A DNA stretch of 59,928 nt from Rhina ancylostomus (taxonomy: Eukaryota): assembly GCA_030265395.1 (NCBI GenBank), contig JARFYF010000059.1:18327862-18387789 (forward strand). The letters are read 5' to 3'. The position numbers were made by a program, and so were the translations under genes. This document shows positions 1 to 12,945 of the stretch, piece after piece. Below the pieces are notes generated by a model. That model was not told the origin of the DNA and searched no databases. It was given only the letters and a program-made list of their open reading frames with translations. Position 1 is the first letter of the stretch, and the number at the start of each line of letters is the position of its first letter.

Positions 1-710
1 CTCCAGGATGTTGATAATGGAAGACTCAACCACAGTAATACCACTGAATGTCAAGAATATGTGATTATATTCTCTCTTGTTGGAGATGGTCATTGCCTCT
101 CAATTTTGTGGCATGAATATAATTAGCCTGTGCCTGAAAATTATCTAGGTTTTGCTGTGTGCACCCATGGATTGGTTTATTTGCCAAGGGGTTGCAAAGG
201 TAGTGAACATTGTGCAATCATCAGAAAATGTCCCCTTGTTGTACCTATTGATAGAAGACAGGTCATTGAGGCAGCTGAAGACAATTGGGCCTGGGGCACT
301 GTCCTGAGGAACTAATGCAGAGATGTACTAGGACTAGAATGATTAGTCCTCTAATGATTCTCTTCCACAACCCCAACATTTTCCTCTGCATAATGTATGA
401 CCCCCACCATTGAAGTTTTTTTCCCTTGATGCCTATTGTTTTACCAAAGCTCCTTGATGACATACATGGTCAATTGCTGCCTTCATGTTAAGGGCAATCA
501 GTTTCACCTCACCTCTGGAATTCAGATCTTTGGTCCATCTTTGGACCAAGGCTGTGGATGTTCTGCAGAAACCCAAACAGGGCATTGGTTAGTTGGATTT
601 TGAAGAGTGAGTACTGCTTGATAACACTGTTAACCAACATCTTCCATTACTTTGATTTTTGGAAGTAGATAGGCTAGCAGCAATTAACCAGACTGGATAT
701 TTTCTACTTT
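1..710 (-). mobile_element. Decayed non-LTR retrotransposon RT fragment (family B, CR1/L2-group-like)
   Basis: Collinear with 34120-34800, e.g. gtgaacattgtgcaatcatcagaaaatgtcccc (~203) vs ttgaatattgtaccatcatcagcaaatgccccc (~34371), whose minus strand reads SDVGAFADD (RT catalytic box). Confidence 0.7.
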
Positions 711-1204
711 TCTGTGGGGTTTGGGGGGCAAATAGGTGGGCTGATGATAAATTTTAGTTATCTGGAATTAAATAATTTCTTAGTGAATGGTCTGTTAACA
801 TGCATAGATGGCTTGTGGCTGACTGGATGTAAGTGTTTTATAACACTGCTTATGGAAGAGAAAGAAATGTTTCCTAACTAGCTTTCTCTGTAAATCCTAA
901 CACCTTCTCCAAATAAAGCACCTTCACTACCCAATTTGTGGTGTTCCCTGCTTTCAGCACCCCATTCTCTTACCTTATGCCCTACAAATTACACTAAACT
1001 TATTTGCATCTTGACTGCTCCCCTCTCTGTCTACAGGCAGTTAAGATGTCAATTAGATTCACTTTTGGACAGGGAATCTTTGGGGTGGGGGGTTGTTGGA
1101 GGGAAGGGAGTAGAACTTCAATTGGAATTAGAACTCTACAGTGGGTGTTTGACATAATGCCCAACCTTTGTCTATCCAAAAGCACATCCCAGTAGATATT
1201 GCTG

Positions 1205-1380
1205 ATTGGTTCATTATTGTCACATGTACTGAGCCACAGTGAAAAACATTGTTTTGCATGCCATCCATACAGATCATTTCATCACATTAGAACATCGAGG
1301 TGGTACAAGGGAAAAGCAATAACAGAATGCAGAATATAGTGCTCCAGTTAAGGAGAAAGTCCAGTGCAGGCATACAATAA
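1205..1380 (-). mobile_element. 3' tail fragment of a Rex/Babar-like LINE
   Basis: tgcagaatatagt...aggagaaagtccagtgcaggcatacaataa resembles 10910-10975 (tgcagaattt...acagagaaaatgcagtgcaggtagacagtaagg), the tail of the Rex/Babar copy. Confidence 0.55.
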
Positions 1381-1799
1381 TGTTTAAGAAATTAAATTAA
1401 AACCCAATACCTATGTTTTTGTGTTAATCTTCTGCATAATTCGAGCTTTTGATAAGTTGAATTTCCAGAAATTTGGAGGAAGCTGCTTTCTTGGATTCGC
1501 ACTGACTATAAACAGCTTCTCTGTAATGCCTACAGAAGTTGGGCGTATCATTTTACTGTGATTGCCTGTTGGACATGCATTTGATGGTCTGTCAAATATT
1601 TAGTGTCAACTGAACATCTTCCATAATATTTCCTTTATATTGAATTTTCTGAGTTTTTATATGTGTGTAGTGCAATCTAATGTAGATATAGTAGGTATGG
1701 ATAACTGCTTTGTTTCAGAGTTTTAACAACCACATTATAGCTATTTTGTTTTACATTTTGTTTGATTTTGATGCATAAGTTGTTAGATAATGTCTAGAT

Positions 1800-1990
1800 A
1801 TGATAGGTTAATTGGCCACTGTAAATTGCCTTTAGTGTGTAGGTAAGTGGTAGAATATGGAGTTGATTAGAATGTGCCAAGAATAAAATGGCTAATGGTA
1901 GGAGTAGTGTAAAAATGGGCCTTTAATGGTTTGCAGGAATTCAGTGGGCTAAAGGGACCTGTTTCTATGCTGTATCTCTCTTTGACTTAA
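1800..1990 (+). mobile_element. V-SINE (HE1-like) 3' half with CR1-type tail
   Basis: V-domain-like ggttaattggccactgtaaattgcctttagtgtgt followed by tgggctaaagggacctgtttctatgctgta, similar to the CR1 tail at 8095-8125. Confidence 0.6.
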
Positions 1991-4900
1991 TATAATTCAT
2001 TTTAATGATATTACAACATAATATCAATTAACATGTTTCATTTCACCACTAGATAATCTCTGCTTACTTTCTTAATCATGCGTTGTATTTAGTAAGTACA
2101 CATTAATACTGTAAAGCTACAGAAATGTCTTTATATCTTGGTTCAATCATTAAGACCCATGTCAATTGCTAATGTTAGGGATCTGAGTTATGAGGAAAAT
2201 TAGGGAACTCAGCATGGCTCTTTGTGTAGGTGGGAGTGGTTAATTCAACTTTGGCAGAGTCATAATATGGGCAGCAGAATATCAGCCACTAATTTCACAT
2301 GTTGCCTGATCTCTCTACTGATTGAATTCAGTCGAGAGAGAGAGCTTTTGCAGGTCATTTTATTGGAAGAATTATCTGAGATTAATCCCCTTAAATTTGT
2401 GTTACAGAAAAAAGAATAAATTCCAAGAGCAGAACAAGGACATACAGATTGTCATCAGTAAAATATAATTGTAGGATTTGTGTCAGGAAATGAGTGACCT
2501 GAACTTCCAGATAGGGTGGTAAAAGTAAAACCTTGCTTTGTATTTGTGAAAAGTCCTTTTGTGACTATGTGCTTGCAGAAAATCTCTCCAATCCAGCCTG
2601 GTTCTTATGTGCATTTTATACATTTGCAAGGATTTCTGGGATTCTCCAATGAAATGTGAATGGTTTAATTTGACCAGTGCATGACTGAAATCCTGCAAAC
2701 ATTTCAGTGGCCTTTTGGGAATAGGTACCTAGTTGAGTATTCATGCATTTTGATTACAAGAGCCCACAATAGGTGCTGTTATATGAATTAACTGATTTCA
2801 GCTAGAATAGCAACTGGAGCATAATAGTTGGCTAAAGGGAAGAAAAAAATCAGCTACAATCTAACTTTTCATCAATATCCAGTGTGTTCTATAAGGATTA
2901 ACAACACATTAATTTCGAAAATCAAGAATCCCACACAAAGCACTGTCAGTTTGCTGAGCTTATAGAAAGCTGCTGATAATCTATCAAACTAAGGCATGGC
3001 AATTCTTGTCAGCAGAGAAAGAAAAAAGAGATAACTGGATAAGAGAGGAAAGAAAACAGCAGCTAAAAGGGTATCTATCGCTCAAAATCTAATTTTAATT
3101 GTAGGAATTGACTCTTCCTAATAATTTTGACATCATCATAATCAAACAAAACACAGAATTAAATAATTGTCATGTGTGTATTGATGGAACCCTGAGAAAA
3201 CCAAGTCAATTTTCTAATAAAATTCTATTCATAATTCACATACATATTGGCCACACAATAGAATTTCATGGCCAGAATTGTCTTGACTTATGGTTCTTAG
3301 GAACTCTTTCTGAGTTGACTCCAGATTAGTGATATGATTCTCTGTCACTTTAAAGCAATTTCATTCTGTGACATGACCATCAGCATGTCTCTGCAGGGCA
3401 CTGTAAATCAATTTTGTAAGAAAAGAAACAGCTGTATGGTAAGGATCATATTGAATTTTAGAAAGCAATTAGTAGATATTTGAGAAAAGTCATACTATAA
3501 TTGTAGCTGCAGATAGTTGTTTTAAGATTTTACAGTTTAAGCATCACACTTTCCTGCATAAAAAGTTGAAAAGTTAACTTTGGAATGATTTTATAATGTT
3601 ATAGTGGATACCCCCAGTGAAGTCAATGGCTCTTTTTATCCTTTTCCTAGTTGCAGCAAATTTCAAGTTATTGTCTATGAACTTGCATTTTTAACTATAG
3701 TGATCAGCTTTATCAATCAACTTCAAAACTTCACTCTGAAATGCAAATGTACAAACTTGATGGATCAAGAAAGGAAATTGGTTAATCAAACCTACCCCAC
3801 AAATTTCTCCTTCTTAAAATAAATTGGTGATGCCTTGTATCTACTGCTTGGTGTGATCCACAATAGTGTCATATCTACGTAAATTGCCCTTTGGTCAATG
3901 AATTTGTGCAAAAGGACTTTTAACTTGGAATCAGAGCAACCAAATAACACTGCATTTTGGTGATGACCATCAAAATTTATCCAGAGACTTTACAACAATA
4001 GCTTAGTGAGTTTAAATATTCTAATAACTTGATTGTCTTAAAGTTGTTCCTCCTAATTGCAAAGGTTTCAAGACTATAAAAAAATGTGTAGCCTAAAATT
4101 ATTTTATGAAAGCTGTTGACCTGTGGATCCAACATCTGTTCTCATTGTACCTACTACCTGACTTGCCATGTATACATTTTCAACAGCTGACATAACTGAA
4201 ATGGATGCTATGGTCTTGTCATGACAGCCTAGTGACCTACTTAGAATCAGCGTTTCCTAAAATAGAATTTGAAAATTGGTATTTTCAGCTTTAAAGAAAG
4301 AAGAAAAATCATATACGTTTTTCTTTATTCAGAGACCCAAAACCAATTCACACGACCCAGGGAATCACACCACTTAACATAGGGAATTAGACTATTTAAC
4401 TTAAAAAATATTTTCTTAAAAAAGGCTTCTCTGGGTGGCATACATGGTGAATTACGATAGCTTTATTTGAGTCATTTGAGTTTTGGATTGGAAGTGGTTA
4501 TGTTGTGTACTGCTATGTTTGTCTGCTAGTGGGTTGGATTCTGCCACCAGGCCCTCAACATTTATTCAGACAGACCAGAATATCTTACAGGCCTCTACAA
4601 GAATGGTTTAATCTCCTCATTCAACCACAAGATGATTTTGTTAGACTGAATTATTTCACACAATGTTTCAATTCACCTTGATTGATTGAGTTGGCTTATT
4701 GCAAACTGTAGTTAGAAGAAATCCTAGGTCATAGTTGATAGAAAGGAAACCTTGGAATGTTATCTTAGTACTTGGCATTGGGGATGGGCAGTGAGATGGG
4801 TGATAGTGGAATTTCCTGTCTACTGATAGGTTTGTAGTTACTGAATGGGAAGTGCAGAATAGAAGCTCTGTCCCTACCCACTGCAGCATTGCGTAATTTG

Positions 4901-6039
4901 ATCCCGTAATATCTTGAAAATTACATGTTGAGTTATGGCTTAATTATAAATGGGAAATCTGTGTTAACAGTACTTTAGAGAGAATGAGATGGAAGACTGT
5001 AGATATTCAAGATTAATCATTGAACCTGGGTATATTTGATGCTGTACATAAAATGGTGTTGGGTTTATTTCATGAAGAAATGTTCAGTTTTTAATTGTTC
5101 TATTGCATGCGTTTTGGGCATGCAGTATGACAAAGGAAAGTGCCTATGGTGTTCAATTGCATTCTCCAATGTGTGATTGATATTGTGGTGTTACAGGACT
5201 CTTCTACCAATGTATTTTGGACTTATTAAGAGCAGAGTATCAAAATAGGAAATATTTTATATTTTAGAAAGCTGTTTATATTGAACGTGTAATGCCAAGA
5301 TCACCAGTAATGTAAGAGTACTGGCAAATCTTTGTGGTGGTGCTTATGAGTTAGTTAGTAAATACTTTGTTTTATAATGCTTTATAATTTAATGCTTATT
5401 AATATATTGCATTGTGTGGATGTGGAATTCTATCCCATTTAATGAGTCGCAATTTAATTATTTTAAATAAACACAGGTGAGGGTCCTCCAGAGTTTAATC
5501 GTTGTTTGGTTAGGGAATTTAGCAAATTATAAATTGCTCAGTGGTTTTGGTTCTAAGGCAGAAATGCTCATTATTTAATTAAATTACTTTTTATCAAAGT
5601 TATTTCCCATTGTTTGCAAACTATGATGTTTGAAGTGTCTGGTTAACTGTTTCAATTTAATAAATATCAAAAATATAGTATCACATTCTTTCTATAAGCG
5701 TTTTTCTAAGATTGAATCCAGTGTTTAAATCTGAGTTGTAAATTCATCAACTTTATCTTGACAGATTTGTAATAATGTCATTGAAATATCTACACACAGG
5801 AAAATGAAACAATAGAATGGCAAAAAAATCATTATAAATATGTACATTGGAATTTATAATGCAAATATAAAACTGGCAAAAATTGATTTTTAAAATGAAC
5901 AATTACATTTACAATCCTTAATCTAATCTTAAACTGTATTTTAACCCTGTTGCTTCTGAACACTCTTTGGGTCTGATAGAATAACATAGTCAGTTCAAGA
6001 AGAGCATAATTTAGCTGAAATAAATTTGATAATACTAAT

Positions 6040-8990
6040 TATGCAGGTATAAAGGATGAATTAAGATTTGTTGAAAAGGTAATAGGGTATAAATGAGCCT
6101 TCAATCCACTGAGGAATAAAGCCGTCCTTCTGATGCCGAATAAAGTAGTAATCCTGAGAATGGGAAGTTTTAGGAATGTTCGATGAAAGATGAAGAAAAT
6201 TGATAGAAGATAGAATATGAAAATGAACAAGAAATGAATATTAAAAATGATAATTTCTATGACTAAATTAAAATGAAGAAAGTAACAAAATATATCTTGG
6301 TCTCTGAGGCAGAAACAATATGTGGATGATAGGAATAGCTGAAGTATTAAACAAATATTTTGTAGATGTCTTCTTAGTAGATTACACAATAAACAAGTAA
6401 TAGTGGAGAATCAAGTATGTAATGGCAGACAATAAGTTAAAGTAATTGTTGAAGAGTGCATAGTGAAGCTATTAAAAGAACTTAAAGTCAACAATTTTGA
6501 GAGTATTTGAATGTGGCTGCAGAAATAATGGATGAAAAACTCTCTAGATTCTGGAACAGGTAAAAGGTAAAAATGTAACCACAATGGCAAGAAAGAAAGG
6601 AAAATATAGGGAAAAGCAAGCCTAATATCAGTTGTCAGTAGGTGCTGAAATCTATCCCTAAGGATGTGATAAAGGGAACTTAACAAATTATATGACTATT
6701 GGGAGGCAATGTGGTTTTATGAAAAAGAAATTGAGTTTGACAAATCTAATAACTTTTTTGATGATAAAACTAGCAGGATGGAGCTGATGAATTTATTTGA
6801 ATGACACCTAAAAAAATTTGTTTCATAAAGTGGTGGGCAAATTACTGGAGACGATTCTTAGAGACAGGATTTATGGGCATTTAGAGAAGCATAGGCTGAT
6901 TAGGGACAGTCAGCATAGCTTTGTGAGGAGCAGGTTGTGCCTCACAAGCCTGATTGAATTCTTTAAGGATGTGACAAAGCACATTCATGAAGGTAGAGCA
7001 GTGAATGTGGTGTACGCGGATTTTAGTAAAGCGTTTGATAAAGTTCCTTATTCAGAAATTCAGGAGGCATGGAATCCAGGGAAACTTGGCTGTGTGGATT
7101 CAGAATTGGCTCACCCATAGAAGACGGAGGGTGGGGGTAGATTGAGCGTATTCTGCCTGGAAGTTGGTGACCAGTGGTGTTCCGCAGGGATCTGTTCTGG
7201 GACCCTTGCTCTTTGTCATTTTTATAAATGACTTGGTTGAGGATGTGGAAGGGTGGGTTGGTAAATTTGCTGATGATACAAAGGTTGATGGTGTTGTGGA
7301 TAGTGTAGAACATTGTTGTAGATTACAACAGGATATTGATAGAATGCAGAGCTGGGCTGAGAAGTGGCAGATGGAGTTCAACTGGGATAAGTGTGAAGTG
7401 ATACACTTCGGGAGATCAAATTTGAAGACAGAATACAAGGTTAATGGCAGGACTCTTAGCAGTGTGGAGAAACAGAGGGATCTTGGGGTCACACAAGTCG
7501 ATAGAGTTGTTAAGACGGCGTATGGAGTGTTGGCCTTCATTAGTCGGGGTATTGAGTTCAAGAGCCGCAAGGTGATGTTGCACTCTATAGAACTCTGTTC
7601 AGACCACACTTGGAGTATTGTGTTCAGTTCTGGTTGCTTCATCATAGAAAGGATGTGGAAGCTTTAGAGAGGGTGCAGAGGAGATTTACCAGGATATTGC
7701 CTGGATTGGAGAGCATAGGTTGAGCGAGCTAGGGCTGTTCTCTTTGAAGAGGAGGAGGATGAAAGGTGACTTGATAGAAGTGTACAAGATGATAAGAGGC
7801 ATAGATCGAGTGGGCAGTCAGAGACCTTTTCCCAGTGTGACAATGGATAACACGAGGGGACATAATTTTAAGGTGATTGGAGGAGGGTATAAGGGGGATG
7901 TAAAGGGTAAGTTTTTTTTACACAGAGAGTGGTGGGTGCGTGGAACAAACTGCCTGCAGAGGTTGTGGGGGCAGATACATTAGGGACATTTTAGAGACTC
8001 TTAGATAGACACATGAATGATAGAAAAATAGGAGCTATGTGAGAGGGAAGGAATTAGATAGATATTAGAGCAGGATAAAATGTGGGCACAACATTGTGGG
8101 CCAAAGGGCCTGTACTGTGCTGTAGTGTTCTACGTTCTAAGTAAGGCGTTATGGAGTTGGAGATATTATATTGACACAGAAGGAAGGGATGGAAAACAGT
8201 GGAAAAAAATGGATGATTGTCAGTTTGACAGATTTTTACTAGTGAGGTCAGCATTGAGCTGTAGCTATTTGCAATCTGTGTTAAGACTTAGAAGAAAAGA
8301 CAGACTAATGATATAAACACATTGGGAAAGTAAGCTGCAAAGACATATAGAGAGCTTGCAAAAATGTGTAGAAAACTGAAGTGACTGGATAAGAAGTTGG
8401 TAAATGGAATATAATCTGGAAAAGAAAGACTTTTAATGGCAAGAATTAATATGCAATAGTATCTTGTACTGATTATTGGAGCAAAGACAATTAATATACA
8501 GGTACACCGAGAGCAAATAGTGTAATGTGCTTCATTACAAGATGCTTAGTGTGTAGGAATAAGGAAGCATCATTGAAATTGTACATGATCTTGTTGGTCT
8601 TATCCAATGAAGGATATACTTGAAAGTGGTGTAGCATAGGTTCATTCAACTGATTTCTGAAATGAGTGGGCTGTCATTTGAGGAGCATTTGTGTAAGATT
8701 GCCCTATTTTTACTAGAGGTAGAAAAGTGAGAGGTTTTCTTATTGGAACAAGCTTTTGAATGGGATTGAGAGGATAGATACTGAGAAATTGTTTCATCTG
8801 GCTGTATAGGTGGTTTAGAACCAAGGACTATAGTGTCAGGATAAATAGCTATTCTGGATCAAGATAAAGAGAAATATTTTGGTAAAGGGTTATAGATTTT
8901 TGGAATTCTCTATATCACTTGGGAGTTTCACTTTCTGAATTGTCCAGAAGATAGCTGCAGTTTTTAAAAATGAGAAGGATATAGTGTTTG
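6040..8990 (+). mobile_element. Old, heavily decayed CR1 LINE split by a younger CR1 insertion
   Basis: Left part ends ...tttcataaagt (6831) and right part resumes aaggcgttatggagttgga (8143). Rejoined it reads FHKVRRYGVGDIILT, similar to CR1 RT LHKVRAHGVGGNIL. Confidence 0.65.
6832..8138 (+). mobile_element. 5'-truncated CR1 LINE (ORF2 RT domain to 3' tail), frameshifted
   Basis: Track ORFs 6818..7120 (VVGKLLE...DFSKAFDKVP), 7164..7667 (SGVPQGSVLGPLLFVIFINDL...KFADDTK) and 7720..7983 (LGLFSL.RRR..GDLIEVYK); tail ...gtgttctacgttct; AAGT repeated at 6828-6831 and 8139-8142. Confidence 0.93.
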
Positions 8991-9879
8991 ACAGACATCA
9001 ATGATTTTCTAGTTCACAAGACTGATGGCAGTTAAATGCATTTACAAAGCAAAATGGATCTATTTAACTATAGATGAGAATGGCTTATAATCTTATTTCT
9101 TATATGAGTGACCTTATATGGGCTTCCTCCCTTTCTGCATTTTCTTCTTCCAGTTCCTCCTTACCTAGTTACTGCTTCAATGTACATCTCTGTTCAACCT
9201 TTTTGTGAATTTAATCAATGAGTATCTTGGGATACTTAACCACAGAAGGCATCACAGATGAGCAATTTTTTTCATCCCTCTACATATCTCTTTTCTCTCT
9301 CTATAGGAGTTGTTTAATTGTGATCAATGGGAACTGTAGAAAAAAACTCTGGCAAGTTGGCAAATGTTATTATTGAAGAAGTTAAATAGATCTTTGTTAA
9401 TATTCATATTGTAAGCTAATTTCTAAAAGTCTCATGTTTTTAAAAAATTAGCCCATGATTGCGTACTTAGAATAGACAGAATTTTAAACTGAGGGTTGAA
9501 TGGATTACATTTTCAGAAGTAAAATGTTAGGGCTATATTACCAAATACTGGTCTAATTAGATAAATGTTATGAAGCCCCCATTGCCTTTTAGACTAGAAA
9601 GAGTCAATCTGTTACAGACATTAATAAACTAACTTTTAGATTGCAAAATTCAGTAAGTGTTTTGTTCCATTTATCTAAAAAAAATACATACTCAAATCAA
9701 CAATCCATACTCTCACTCTTTCTCTTAGAGATCCAGAAACATTGAAGTGGAAATCCTTGAACCTTAGCAAATAAAAGTGAATTTGTTCTAACAGGCCTTG
9801 GAGTTGTTCCAATTAGTGTTAAATGCTAAAATAATTGAAGAGATACATGGACAAAATAAGAATGATCAAAACCGTATTT

Positions 9880-10175
9880 GAAAAGGTTCCATGCCCAACA
9901 GTGTTCAGCTGCATTGTCAATGATCTTCCTTCCACCATGAGATTGGAATGTGGATATTTGCTGACGGTTGCACTGAGTTTAATTCCATTCAAAACTCCTC
10001 AGGAAATGAAATATTACATGCCTACAAGGCTGATACAACATTTGGGCATGAGCTGATGTGTGACAAGTAATGACTAGCACATGAATAACAAGCAAATGCT
10101 ATCTCTAACAAGAGAGGCACTAATCACCTACTGTAAACGTTCAATGGCATTACCATTGTCAAATCCAATTGTTAA
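9880..10175 (+). mobile_element. Family-B non-LTR RT fragment
   Basis: PTVFSCIVNDLPST in track ORF 9835..10056, then ggatatttgctgacggttgc (a decayed FADD box). Confidence 0.7.
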
Positions 10176-10302
10176 CACTTTGGGAGAAACATAAGTACAT
10201 GGATGATATTCTTAGAGTGAAGACATTCTACATTTGATAGAAGGCTGGACTTACTGTATTCTAATGATTGAAAGTAGAACTTTAACCCCATTGCTGGCCG
10301 CG

Positions 10303-10402
10303 NNNNNNNNNNNNNNNNNNNNNNNNNNNNNNNNNNNNNNNNNNNNNNNNNNNNNNNNNNNNNNNNNNNNNNNNNNNNNNNNNNNNNNNNNNNNNNNNNN
10401 NN
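10303..10402. other. Assembly gap (100 N); further gaps at 21783-21882, 33939-33987, 45570-45579, 49080-49098 and 56332-56527
   Basis: Runs of n in the sequence. Confidence 0.99.
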
Positions 10403-10904
10403 TGGCCGCGCATGCAGAATTGAAATCAGCTGCTTATGGATCAAGTTTCTGCAGATGGTGAAGTAATGATAAATCTGCTTGGATCATAAATCTTATTCAT
10501 AGCAACTTCAAAATTAAACACTGTAAAATATCCAACAACAAAACTATGTTAGTATTTAAATTAAAATTGCATAACACAGCAGAAAACCAAAAAGGATAGT
10601 GCCACTTTAATATTGGCCTGGAATTTATTTCCTTACCCTTCAACATTGTGTATTGTGCACTGGCTGCTAACGGAAGTCATTAATGTAAATTAACCTCTAC
10701 AAACTCCTCAATATTGCCTATACACATAAACATAGAATATGTATCTCAGATCCTTGGAGAGTGAGATGCATTATTCATTATCAATTAAATCCTGTACTTT
10801 TTATGAACTGGATATCTACTTGTTAAAATATTCATTAAACATGAAGTGCCAAAATATATTTTTGGAGGTAGGAAAAGAACCATTCTGTGGTGTGTATGAT
10901 AAAT

Positions 10905-11500
10905 CCTTGGTGCAGAATTTTTTTTACAGTACAGAGAAAATGCAGTGCAGGTAGACAGTAAGGTGCAAGGTCACAACAAGGTAGATTGTGAGTTAAGAGG
11001 CCATCTTATCATACTAGGGAATTATTCAATAGTCTCATAACCATAGGATAGAAGCTGTCCTTGAGCCTGGTTGTATATGCTTTCAGCCCTTTGTATCTTT
11101 TGCCCGATTTGTGGATGGGGGGGGGGTGCAGGAGGAGGAGAAGAGAGAATGTCTGGGCTGGGTGGGATCTTTGATTATGCTGGCTTCTTTACTAAGGCAG
11201 TGAAAAGCGTAGACAGAATCCATGGAGGGGAGGCTGGTTTCTGTGGTGTGCTGAGCTGAGTCCACGACTCTCTGCAGTTTCTTGCAATCATGGGCAGAGC
11301 AATTGCCATACCAAACTGTGATGCATCCAGATAGGGTGCTTTCTATCGTCCATTGGTAAAATTTGGTGAGGGTCAAAGGCGACATGTCAAATTTCTTTAG
11401 CCTCCTGAGGAAGTAGGGGTGCTAGTGAGCTTTCTTGGCCATAGCATTAATGTGGTTGGACCAGGACAGGCTATTGGTGATGTTCACTCCTGGGAACTAC
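10905..11500 (-). mobile_element. Rex/Babar-clade LINE, C-terminal end of ORF2 plus 3' UTR
   Basis: Track ORF 11083..11385: LTKFYQWTIESTLSGCITVWYGNCSAHDCKKLQRVV...ASIIKDPTQPRHSLF, the typical Rex1/Babar post-RT signature. Confidence 0.85.
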
Positions 11501-11619
11501 AAATATATATCCTTAATGATGTGAGGCTATGGTTTTTAGAAAAAAGTAAACTTCTGCAGCTCCTCAAAATTTAAACCAAGATGGAGAATTCTACAGTGGT
11601 CTGTCAACAGCTAAGTAGA

Positions 11620-11770
11620 TCAACATACAAAATGCTGGAAGAACTCTGCAGGCCAGGCAGCATCTATTGAGGGAAATCGGCATCGGGTCAAGACCCTTCA
11701 TGTGGACTGAAAGATAGAGGGGAGATGGCCCGTATTAAAAGGTGGAGGGAAGGGCTGGATCAAGAGCTGC
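11620..11770 (-). mobile_element. Penelope-like element terminal-repeat (pLTR) fragment
   Basis: atgctggaagaactctgcaggccaggcagcatc...gggtcaagacccttcatgtggactgaaagatag is homologous to 56230-56330. Confidence 0.7.
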
Positions 11771-12029
11771 AGCAACGTCCATGAGTAGTTATTTTTAATC
11801 AATTCATTTTTTGGAACCTGCACATTTATTGCCCATCCCCAGTTGCCAATATTTATTGTCTATCCCTAATTGCTGTTGAGAAGGTGGTGATGGGTCAGTA
11901 CTTGGTCCATAGCCTACTATGCCTTGGTGAGTGATGTACTCATCTTGATACATCTTAAGTGTTGTGAGAGTACCCGTCTCTACCATCCACTCAGGCAGTG
12001 GATGACCTTGCATTAAATCTGGCCAATTC

Positions 12030-12945
12030 TGACAAACAGGATTAGGTTGGTTATTTAAAATCATTGTATTCATTATTGAATCCTCAGGACTTCTACATGC
12101 CCAGGCAGAAAATGAGGTACCAGACCTTTTGCTTCTGTTGGGCTTCATTGGAACAGTGTAGAAGGCCAAAGAGGAAGTACTATGAGAAGGGCAATGATTA
12201 TTGGAGGTGCAAAGATGAGTCAAGGAATGTCCCTTCATAATTCTAAGAGGCGACATGAAAAGTAGATGTGTCTAGTAGTAGATCCTCATTGGAGGTGCAG
12301 GAAATTACAGAGGTCAATCCATTGAATATGGAGACTGTCATGTTGGAAGCTTGAGACAAGAGGATTCCTTTTTAAGGATTCTCTTATCCCTTGGCTAAGA
12401 GAAGAGCAGAAGTATGGGAAAGAAATATGTGATTGTGCAACTTGTCAACCATGTGGAGGAGCCGTGATTAAGCAGAAAGGAAGACACTTCAGAGGTATTG
12501 GTCTGGAAAGTCGCATTGACAGAACAGATGCCATGAAAAAGGAGAAATAAGGAAAATAGAATGGAGTCATTGCAGAAAGGTGTAGTTGACATAGAGTGTA
12601 TAGGCTTGTAATGAATATTGACTGCCAGTAGATCCGCTAAGATGGAGAAGTCAGGGAAGGGAAGGGGAAAAGCAGAGGTTGACCCTGTAAAAGTGAGAGC
12701 AGGGTGGAAATTGGAAGTCAAAGTAATTAAATTTTCAATATCCATATGTGTAGGAATCAATGTACTAGAAAAAGTAAAAGGAGAAGGCCTGAAACAAGAA
12801 CATTTCCATGTGTCTCACAAAGAAGAAGGCATAGTCTGGACTTGTGTGAGTTACCATAACTACAGTCTTTGATCTGGAGAAAGTAACTCCAGTTGAAGGG
12901 GAAGTTATTCAATGTAAGAACTTGTTCAGCCAGGCAAACACACTG
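12030..12945 (-). mobile_element. Penelope-like element, decayed RT (and probably GIY-YIG) coding fragment
   Basis: Track ORFs 12757..13005 (LAEQVLTLNNFPFN..FLQIK) and 12395..12760 (NFHPALTFT...LPFPDFSI...NIHYKP...CNDSILFSLFL...IC) match PLE RT motifs. Confidence 0.8.

Noticed and set aside
3397-3438. 42-nt exon-like segment (ctgcag|...gctgtatg|gtaagg), the length expected for the mammalian STRYGSPKRQLQFYR exon
   Set aside because: In the required phase 2 it reads GCA CTG TAA (stop); it is open in phase 0, but that phase does not fit exon 13554, and there is no peptide similarity
7100-7645. 181-aa minus-strand ORF, the longest in the track
   Set aside because: Antisense shadow of the CR1 RT frame; no independent gene signals
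6818-7983. Active or domesticated reverse transcriptase
   Set aside because: Split across three ORFs by frameshifts and deletions, 5'-truncated, no endonuclease domain
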